64,000 nucleotides of DNA from a virus (Duplodnaviria > Caudoviricetes), in the IMG/VR virus record IMGVR_UViG_3300037249_001000, positions 75,540 through 139,539 of that record. The stretch is one strand, 5' to 3'. The stretch's first letter is position 1. Every line of letters starts with the position of its first letter. The translations under genes and the position numbers were made by a program. Positions 1 to 6,935 of this stretch are shown piece after piece. The notes beneath the pieces are model-generated. The model searched no databases and had not been told where the DNA came from. It worked only from the letters and a program-made list of their open reading frames with translations.

Positions 1-2
1 AT

Positions 3-65
3 AGAAGACGTTTATCGTATACAGCTATAACTAGGGCAATTAATTCAATTACTATAGTTGTGTGA
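3..65 (+). CDS. C-terminal end of a superfamily 1 (RecD/Dda-like) helicase, partial
   Basis: Frame 3 reads RRRLSYTAITRAINSITIVV*; YTAITRA is SF1 helicase motif VI. Confidence 0.7.
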   Translation, partial: RRRLSYTAITRAINSITIVV

Positions 66-126
66 ATATTTATATACTATTATTTTGTAGTAAAATATAA
101 TTTTATACTAAAAGGAGAGAATAAAA

Positions 127-726
127 ATGTTATTGTATTCAATCAATCAAACAACCTTGCACATTTCAACAAAAGATGGTGATGTTGAAAGAATACCAAA
201 AGATTTTTTCTATGATAATTTTAGAAATAGTCGTTTGAAAAAATCAATTAATGAAATATGTATTAGTGGAAAAATAAGTGGAATTGGAGAATCTGCATTT
301 AGGAATCTTCCAAATTTAAAAATTGTTAGACTTATACCAGACATTATTTGTAACATAGCTAGCAATGCGTTTTCTGATAATATGCAGCTACTTAATGTTG
401 AAATGAATAATAATATTTTATCACTTGGACCATCATCGTTTGAGCATTGTCCTAGTTTGATAAATGTTAAATTTTCAGAAAGTTTAGTTATTATAGGTCA
501 TAGAGCATTTGCTGATGATGTATCATTACATTATAAGAATATTAATATTCCTTATACACTTAACTTTTGTGATGAAAGTGCATTTGACGGATCATCTATC
601 GATATGAGCGTTTATTTAGAAGATATACACCGTAGTGTACGTTGCAGAAATGAATCTATTAATACAACAACACCTGCAGGTTTACACTATAAAGAAGTAA
701 GTAAATATAAGAGAGAGGTTAATTAA
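127..726 (+). CDS. BspA-like leucine-rich repeat protein
   Basis: Repeated IGxxAFxxxxxL units (IGESAFRNLPNL, IASNAFSDNMQL, LGPSSFEHCPSL, IGHRAF); RBS AAGGAG. Confidence 0.75.
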   Translation: MLLYSINQTTLHISTKDGDVERIPKDFFYDNFRNSRLKKSINEICISGKISGIGESAFRNLPNLKIVRLIPDIICNIASNAFSDNMQLLNVEMNNNILSLGPSSFEHCPSLINVKFSESLVIIGHRAFADDVSLHYKNINIPYTLNFCDESAFDGSSIDMSVYLEDIHRSVRCRNESINTTTPAGLHYKEVSKYKREVN

Positions 727-727
727 T

Positions 728-1060
728 ATGGCTAATAATAGAAACACGTATCAGCAAACATATAATGTTTCAGTTCCTAAAGCTGAATTGTTAGATTTTG
801 TAGTATATAATCAAGAACTAAATAAAAAAGACTATAAAATCTTTTTAATGCTTTTAACTGAACTGGATGGATATTCTAAATCATCAAACAGTAAAGAAGA
901 CCCGAGGAATTTTACAAAAATTGATACAGAGCAAATATCAACAAAGCTTTGTATCGATGAATCCGATGTAAAGAAGTCAATTAAAAAATTGACTAAAGAA
1001 GGTATTATTGAAAAAGGTAATACAACGAATATGAAAAATGGGTATAGATTTAGATTTTAA
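728..1060 (+). CDS. Winged helix-turn-helix DNA-binding protein
   Basis: EQISTKLCIDESDVKKSIKKLTKEGII is a typical wHTH pattern. Confidence 0.65.
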   Translation: MANNRNTYQQTYNVSVPKAELLDFVVYNQELNKKDYKIFLMLLTELDGYSKSSNSKEDPRNFTKIDTEQISTKLCIDESDVKKSIKKLTKEGIIEKGNTTNMKNGYRFRF

Positions 1061-1080
1061 TGTGAAAGGATAAATAAATA

Positions 1081-1500
1081 ATGAAACAATATCATTCATT
1101 TAGTAACTTTAGTAAGGGATATTACCTCATGAATATACTTAGTAATATATCAAAACTCTCTAAACAAAAAACTTTATATGACATAGATGATCAACTCAAG
1201 ACTAAAATTGAAAAGTTCTTAGTTATAATGAATTTAGATTATTATAATGATTATTACAACACTAAAGCCATGATTTCCATAATCATGCGAATACTAAATA
1301 AACGATTGTCTGAAGAGCTACCTAATGATATAAAAGACAAATATTTATCTTTAAGAAAACTAATAGCCCTTCACCAACGTGTTATGTGTAGTCTAGAGTT
1401 AGAAAGAATAAATAAATATACTGAACTATATGGTCAAAATTCAATTAGAGAATTATCAAATGATATTGAAAACTATCTTGAGTTATTACAAAATATTTAA
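1081..1500 (+). CDS. Hypothetical protein
   Basis: 139-aa ORF with RBS, in operon context. Confidence 0.6.
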   Translation: MKQYHSFSNFSKGYYLMNILSNISKLSKQKTLYDIDDQLKTKIEKFLVIMNLDYYNDYYNTKAMISIIMRILNKRLSEELPNDIKDKYLSLRKLIALHQRVMCSLELERINKYTELYGQNSIRELSNDIENYLELLQNI

Positions 1501-1521
1501 AAATAAAAGGAGATAATAATT

Positions 1522-2130
1522 ATGGAAAACAAAGATTTAGAAAAAGTAGTGGTTGAAAATAATGATCATAAAGATATGTATATTAAAAGAGTAATTGACG
1601 AAGATCCCAATCGTATTGATATGGTTGCAGCAGACATATTGTTGTCGATTGAAAACTTAAAAAGTAGACATATTTCATTCCAAGCATTATCTATTTCCTA
1701 TCTTCAAGTTGCAAATGAAATTAAAGAATTTTTAGATTGTATTGGTTTAAGATATAACCGCCTTTTATTAGGATATGCATATAACCAATATGAAGTTAAT
1801 GATCCTGGGGTAGATATTTCTGAAATAATAGCATTTCTCAGTAAATGCTATAATGATGATAAGTTTACTACTGATGAACAATACAAGTTTAATGCTAGTG
1901 TAAAATATCTTATATACTATCATCAATTAATTCATAACCAATGTAGATCTGATCTTTATAAATATTTTAAATCTGAATCTAATGTAATAGATAGATTAAT
2001 GAAATTAAGAGATAATCTAAATTCATTAATTGAGAACCATGGTGAAGAACTTAAGAACTATAGTGAAGAACTTACTCAAATGGTTCTAAGTTCAAAACAG
2101 ATATTGAAAAATAATACTGAAAACATGTGA
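1522..2130 (+). CDS. Hypothetical protein (C-terminus paralogous to 2224..2562)
   Basis: Strong RBS; ends ELTQMVLSSKQILKN. Confidence 0.65.
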   Translation: MENKDLEKVVVENNDHKDMYIKRVIDEDPNRIDMVAADILLSIENLKSRHISFQALSISYLQVANEIKEFLDCIGLRYNRLLLGYAYNQYEVNDPGVDISEIIAFLSKCYNDDKFTTDEQYKFNASVKYLIYYHQLIHNQCRSDLYKYFKSESNVIDRLMKLRDNLNSLIENHGEELKNYSEELTQMVLSSKQILKNNTENM

Positions 2131-2223
2131 ACCTAATATAGAGTTATATGTTTAGTTATATATTATTAAGTTGATATGAATATATTATTCATAAATATTT
2201 TTAATTTAAAGGAGATAATAATT

Positions 2224-2562
2224 ATGGCAATTTTCTTTCAACCCTCAGAAGACGATGTAAAGGTACTTAAGGAGAAGAGTGGAATTTCATTCCCACCATC
2301 ACTCGAAGACTTTGAGATACTTACGGAAAGGTATAACATGGTTAAGGAGAACATTGATAACCTTGATACAATGGACTTTTCAAGTGAGATTAAAGGTAGT
2401 TTTCGAATGATTTTCGATTTAATCTCTAAAGATTATAAGGAGATCGAAAGATGTGTTTCCGAGAATGAAGACTGTATAGTCCTTAAATACAGAGACGTTT
2501 ATAAACGACTTGGCGAACTGATTCAATTAATGCTTAGTTCAAAACAGTTGTTGAAAAATTAA
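2224..2562 (+). CDS. Hypothetical protein (C-terminus paralogous to 1522..2130)
   Basis: AAGGAG RBS before ATG 2224; ends ELIQLMLSSKQLLKN. Confidence 0.65.
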   Translation: MAIFFQPSEDDVKVLKEKSGISFPPSLEDFEILTERYNMVKENIDNLDTMDFSSEIKGSFRMIFDLISKDYKEIERCVSENEDCIVLKYRDVYKRLGELIQLMLSSKQLLKN

Positions 2563-2665
2563 TTATTAATAACAATCAATAAAGTTCATTTTAAAGTTGT
2601 CCATAAAAATAAAGTGAAATTAAATTATAACCATTAGTTATATAAATTTCACTTTATTTTTTTAC

Positions 2666-2711
2666 CCGTATTTTTAATATATATATTGATATATTATTTT
2701 TGTGTCATAAT
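2666..2711 (+). promoter_or_regulatory. Putative early (virion RNAP) promoter, extended motif CCGTATTTTTAATATATATATTGATATATTATTTTT(T)GTGTCATAAT
   Basis: Recurs at about 8 sites upstream of small genes; core TATATTAT resembles phiKZ/AR9 early promoters. Confidence 0.7.
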
Positions 2712-2741
2712 ATAAAAATATATAAAAAGGAGGATAAGATT

Positions 2742-2948
2742 ATGACAGGATTTGAATATGGAAGGAGATTTGAAGGTTTTGATCCTTCAAATAACCAGGA
2801 GAAAATTAAAATTGTGACAGTTGTCATTGATGGTAGGAGGGTTGCTATTCCGGAGGAGCAAATCCTTAGAGCATTTGCTCCTAAAAAGAAAAAAGAAGAA
2901 TCGTGGATTCCAGAGAAAGCTTCTACTGAGGAGTTCTGGAAAAAGTAA
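2742..2948 (+). CDS. Small hypothetical early protein
   Basis: AAGGAGG RBS, ATG 2742; lies between the early motif and a terminator. Confidence 0.65.
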   Translation: MTGFEYGRRFEGFDPSNNQEKIKIVTVVIDGRRVAIPEEQILRAFAPKKKKEESWIPEKASTEEFWKK

Positions 2949-2955
2949 TAATAAA

Positions 2956-3000
2956 AGAGAGTTAAGAAAGGAGGTGAAAACCAACTCTCTTTTTTTTTAT
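2956..3000 (+). terminator. Intrinsic terminator with a Shine-Dalgarno sequence in its loop (copy 1)
   Basis: GAGAGTT..AAAGGAGGTGAAAACC..AACTCTC followed by a T run; near-identical copy at about 5577..5620. Confidence 0.7.
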
Positions 3001-3048
3001 TTGTCTTAAAACTTTTTAATAAATTCATAATTAGGAGGAAATAATATT

Positions 3049-3855
3049 ATGGGTAAAAATTTTTTAATTGATGCATTAAGAACAGCTAATCCTAAATCAT
3101 CTATGTTTACAGGTGATGCTTCTGTTTTATCTTATAAAACAGGATTTCCTATTTTAGATTATTATTTAGGTTACTTAGTTAATGTACATGATGAGAACAA
3201 TCAGATTGTAGAACAATATCCAAGTATTGGTATTGCCGCAGGTTGTTATCTTACATTTATAGGTAAGCCATCTACAGGTAAAACAACATTTGCTGTTCAA
3301 GTTGCGTCTAATATTGTAAGACCATTTGATAATGGTTCTGTGATTCATTATGACCTTGAAAAAGCAATGAACTATTCAAGAATTCAAATTCTTTCTAAGT
3401 TTAATATGAAAGAAATGAATGAGGGAAAATATATACTTAAACAAGAGAAAACATCTATTCAGGATATTAAATCTGCTATTATGCAAATTTATAAAGAGAA
3501 AACAAGAAATCCTGAATTGTATAAGTATAGTACAGGAAAGAAAAATGAATTTGGTGATGAAATTTTTTTATATGAACCAACGGTTGTTATCATTGATTCT
3601 ATTCCTATGCTTAGTTCTGCTATAAATGAGAATGATAAAAAAGAAGCAGCTAAACTTGAAGAAATTTCATCACAAACCGATAGAATGAGACTAACTGCTG
3701 AAATAGGAAGATTTTATTCAGAACTTCAGCAGTATATTAAAGAAGCAAATATAATAGTTATTTCCATTAATCAGATTAAAACTAACCCTGACATGGGTAT
3801 TGTTAAATCACCATCTGAAATCCTTTATTTGAGTACTAACGAATCTCTGCCTGGT
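3049..3855 (+). CDS. uvsX: RecA/UvsX-like recombinase, exon 1
   Basis: Walker A GKPSTGKTT, YDLE, Walker B VVIIDS, ISINQ; ends ESLPG at the intron 5' splice site. Confidence 0.85.
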
Positions 3856-4248
3856 AAACAAATCTGCCACAAAATAGCGTAAGCTATTGGACAAACTCTC
3901 CTAATTACTGGGAACTTCTATTAATAGGACAATCAGTAACGAAGTATCTTACTACGATAAGATATGTGTTCAACGACTATCGGAAGCTATACAATCATAT
4001 AGAAATGTATGATTTGAGAATAGTGTGAGTTGAAATACTTGCATGAAGTGAGTAGAGTAACGCCCAAGTTATTGGGGTTGGTAGTTAGATGAGATTAGTC
4101 TAACATAAACCCATTAAAGTGAAACGGAGAGCTCCAGTATATTTGGTAACAGAATATATTGGATGAAGATATAGTCTGAACGTTTATAGAAATATAAAGA
4201 AAGTATTTATACTTGTATGAGTCTAACGAACTCGTATTAACATTTTTG
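3856..4248 (+). mobile_element. Group I intron in recA/uvsX (393 nt, no ORF)
   Basis: Exon ends in U (GGT) pairing with GCC in P1; core elements GTTCAACGACTA and GAAGATATAGTCT; terminal G4248; splicing restores LPG|GKAPQFLA (RecA TPGGRALKFYA motif). Confidence 0.9.
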
Positions 4249-4674
4249 GGAAAGGCTCCGCAATTCCTTGCAAACTATTTATTTAAATTTGTTGCAGTTG
4301 GTGGTGAAAAATTTACAGATGAAGATGATGGTTTTGATGGTTTTGGTTTAAAGATGCTTATTGTTAAATCAAGAACAAATCAAGCTGGTCAGACAATTCA
4401 TTTGCTATATGATAAAGTAAGAGGAGTAGATTCTCTACGTTCCTCTGTTGAATACTCAAAAGAACAAGGATATTTGAATGGAAATAAAAATGGATATTAT
4501 TTTGTAGACGATAAAGAAAATAAGTTTACAAAAAAGAATATGCATGAAGATTTTAAGAATAATAAAGAACTTTATAAAAAATTATATTCTTTAATTATTC
4601 CTGAATTAACAGAGAGATTATCAGCTATTAGTGTAGAAGAAATGGAAATAGTCGATGATGAAATGGATTATTAA
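4249..4674 (+). CDS. uvsX: RecA/UvsX-like recombinase, exon 2
   Basis: GKAPQFLA...IVKSR, in frame with exon 1 after splicing. Confidence 0.85.
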   Translation, partial: GKAPQFLANYLFKFVAVGGEKFTDEDDGFDGFGLKMLIVKSRTNQAGQTIHLLYDKVRGVDSLRSSVEYSKEQGYLNGNKNGYYFVDDKENKFTKKNMHEDFKNNKELYKKLYSLIIPELTERLSAISVEEMEIVDDEMDY

Positions 4675-4687
4675 GGAGAGAATAAAA

Positions 4688-5137
4688 GTGCCAGTTATAG
4701 ATTTAAGAGAAAATAAAGGTAATATGACTATACCTGGAATAGTTCCAAAACCACATGTAGAAGATGATTCTATAAAATATAAAAATATTAGACAGCTACC
4801 ATCTAGTAATAACGATCAAGCAAAAATTATAATAAATATAGTTTACAAAAACTTTTCTGAATTATTTGAATTATCTCAATATAATAATACAGAAATTCCA
4901 CAAAAAATATATAAAGAATATCATGAAATTGTTTATTTATTAATAACACATAGAAGAAATGGTTGGGATTATTATTTTAATACAATTAATGGATATGGAA
5001 GAGATAGATTAGATGACTTTAATGAAGAATTACTTAAAGGTATAGATGCATTTAAAAATGATGATTTGTTTAATAATATGGTAAATCTTGATAATTTAAT
5101 TAAGGATAAAATTGTATATAATGGTGTAAAAGACTAA
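4688..5137 (+). CDS. Hypothetical protein
   Basis: ORF 4655..5137; RBS AAGGAG favours the GTG at 4688. Confidence 0.55.
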   Translation: MPVIDLRENKGNMTIPGIVPKPHVEDDSIKYKNIRQLPSSNNDQAKIIINIVYKNFSELFELSQYNNTEIPQKIYKEYHEIVYLLITHRRNGWDYYFNTINGYGRDRLDDFNEELLKGIDAFKNDDLFNNMVNLDNLIKDKIVYNGVKD

Positions 5138-5169
5138 ATGAAATACGGATAATAAATATTATTTATTAT

Positions 5170-5211
5170 CCGTATTTTTAATATATATATATTGATATAT
5201 TATTTTTGTGT
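5170..5211 (+). promoter_or_regulatory. Putative early promoter (extended motif)
   Basis: CCGTATTTTTAATATATATATATTGATATATTATTTTTGTGT; overlaps the 3' arm of the upstream hairpin. Confidence 0.7.
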
Positions 5212-5254
5212 ATATGAAATTTCATAGAAAAATAAAAACAAGGAGGTAAAAACT

Positions 5255-5569
5255 ATGAAATATACAACAATTGCATTCCTCATGAAAGTGAGGAATACAT
5301 ATAAAAGAAATAAAACAAGTAGAGAGAATTTTCTGCCTATTTGGGCAGATAAATTGTTACAAGATATCGGAAACATGGAGGACGTGTCCGATGAGTTCAT
5401 TAACTTCATGAGCATAGTGGTTCAAAAGGGGAGTCCTTTATGGAATCCCCTTAAGGATTCAATAATTGATTCAGATAATCCCAATCCTTACATGGAGTGG
5501 GAGTATGATGATATTATTATACCAGGGGGGATACCAGGTTTCCTGTATCCATTCTGTTTGTTGATGTAG
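5255..5569 (+). CDS. Hypothetical early protein
   Basis: AAGGAGGT RBS; flanked by early motif and terminator. Confidence 0.65.
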   Translation: MKYTTIAFLMKVRNTYKRNKTSRENFLPIWADKLLQDIGNMEDVSDEFINFMSIVVQKGSPLWNPLKDSIIDSDNPNPYMEWEYDDIIIPGGIPGFLYPFCLLM

Positions 5570-5576
5570 GAGAAGA

Positions 5577-5620
5577 GGAGAGTTGTGAAAGGAGGTGAAA
5601 ACCAACTCTCTTTTTTTATT
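5577..5620 (+). terminator. Intrinsic terminator with a Shine-Dalgarno sequence in its loop (copy 2)
   Basis: GAGAGTTGTGAAAGGAGGTGAAAACCAACTCTC followed by a T run. Confidence 0.7.
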
Positions 5621-5662
5621 TTTTTATAGTTATATATAATTTAGGTATACATATTAAATATT

Positions 5663-5726
5663 CGGAGAGCAACACTCCTACGACTAATTAAAGTTGCAGT
5701 CACCCAAGACGTTAAAATGGGAGAAA
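5663..5726 (+). ncRNA. Candidate structured cis-regulatory leader RNA (copy 1)
   Basis: 64-nt element nearly identical to 50680..50743(-); two hairpins with loop-pairing partners, directly before the RBS and ATG. Confidence 0.6.
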
Positions 5727-5737
5727 CGGAGATTATT

Positions 5738-6811
5738 ATGATTAGACATTATGAAGGAAAATTAGGAGTATTTGATTATGATGATACTGAATGGGAAATT
5801 ACAGAAACTGGTAGTAATCCTTATACACATGGTCGCTGTAAAGAAAGTCTTCGCTATATTGGAGATAAAGTTGAAGGTGAAGATATTATAATTCCCTTTG
5901 GAGTTAGTGATTGCTCTTATATGTTTGCAGGGTGCACATCTCTCACAACAGCACCTACGATTCCTGAAGGAGTTAGTGATTGTGACTGCATGTTTATGGG
6001 GTGTACATCTCTTACAACAGCACCGATTATTCCAGATGGAGTAAGAGCTTGTTCAAGTATGTTTCATGGGTGTACATCTCTTACAACAGCACCTACGATT
6101 CCTGAAGGAGTTAGAGACTGTTGGGCAATGTTTAAGGGGTGCACATCTCTCACAACAGCACCTACGATTCCTGAAGGAGTTACTGTTTGTGAATGCATGT
6201 TTATGCGGTGTACATCTCTTACAACAGCACCTACGATTCCTGAAGGAGTTAGAGAGTGTTGGGCAATGTTTGCAGGGTGCACATCTCTCACAACAGCACC
6301 TATAATTTCCAAAGGAGTTACTGTTTGTGAATGCATGTTTATGCGGTGTACATCTCTTACAACAGTACCTATGATTCCTGAAGAAGTTGTAGACTGTTGG
6401 GCAATGTTTAAGGGGTGCACATCTCTCACAACAGCACCTACGATTCCTGAAGGAGTTATTAATTGCTCTTATATGTTTGATGGGTGCACATCTCTCACAA
6501 CAGCACCTACGATTCCTGAAGGAGTTATTGATTGTGACTGCATGTTTTGTGACTGTTCATCTCTTACAACAGCACCTCAAATTCCCGAAGGAGTTACAGA
6601 TTGTTCATGGATGTTTAAGGGGTGCACATCTCTCACAACAGCACCTCAAATTCCCACAGGAGTTAGTGATTGCTCTTATATGTTTGCAGGGTGCACATCT
6701 CTCACAACAGCACCTACGATTCCTGAAGGAGTTATTAATTGCTCTTATATGTTTGCAGGGTGCACATCTCTCACAACAGCACCTGAAATTCCTGAAGCAT
6801 ACACATACTAA
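5738..6811 (+). CDS. BspA/DUF285-like leucine-rich repeat protein with 13 x 23-aa repeats
   Basis: IPEGVxxCxxMFxGCTSLTTAPx repeats; GGAG RBS favours ATG 5738. Confidence 0.85.
   Translation: MIRHYEGKLGVFDYDDTEWEITETGSNPYTHGRCKESLRYIGDKVEGEDIIIPFGVSDCSYMFAGCTSLTTAPTIPEGVSDCDCMFMGCTSLTTAPIIPDGVRACSSMFHGCTSLTTAPTIPEGVRDCWAMFKGCTSLTTAPTIPEGVTVCECMFMRCTSLTTAPTIPEGVRECWAMFAGCTSLTTAPIISKGVTVCECMFMRCTSLTTVPMIPEEVVDCWAMFKGCTSLTTAPTIPEGVINCSYMFDGCTSLTTAPTIPEGVIDCDCMFCDCSSLTTAPQIPEGVTDCSWMFKGCTSLTTAPQIPTGVSDCSYMFAGCTSLTTAPTIPEGVINCSYMFAGCTSLTTAPEIPEAYTY
5891..6795 (+). repeat. Intragenic tandem array of 13 x 69-bp units
   Basis: Constant core (tgcacatctctcacaacagcacctacgattcctgaaggagtt) alternating with variable codons. 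Confidence 0.9.
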
Positions 6812-6935
6812 TAATAAAGTTGTACAGATAATAGATTTATTTCTATTATCTGTACAACTTTTGTTTAAAACTTACTTTGATTATATATTATTTTTTTGTT
6901 TTGAAAATGTATTTTAATAAAAAGGAGATAATAAT

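Noticed and set aside
2705-3028. Minus-strand ORFs 2705..3028 and 2787..2984 as type I toxins
   Set aside because: They run across a terminator and oppose a gene with a strong RBS and promoter; no RBS of their own
5717-5737. ATG 5717 as start of the LRR gene
   Set aside because: It lies within the conserved leader hairpin; the RBS fits ATG 5738
5891-6795. CRISPR array or DGR template/variable repeat
   Set aside because: Units are in-frame 69-bp coding repeats without unique spacers; variation is not adenine-specific; no cas or reverse transcriptase gene in the window
6064-6917. Alternative-frame ORFs 6064(-), 6066(+), 6477(+)
   Set aside because: Shadows of the repeat array with no RBS
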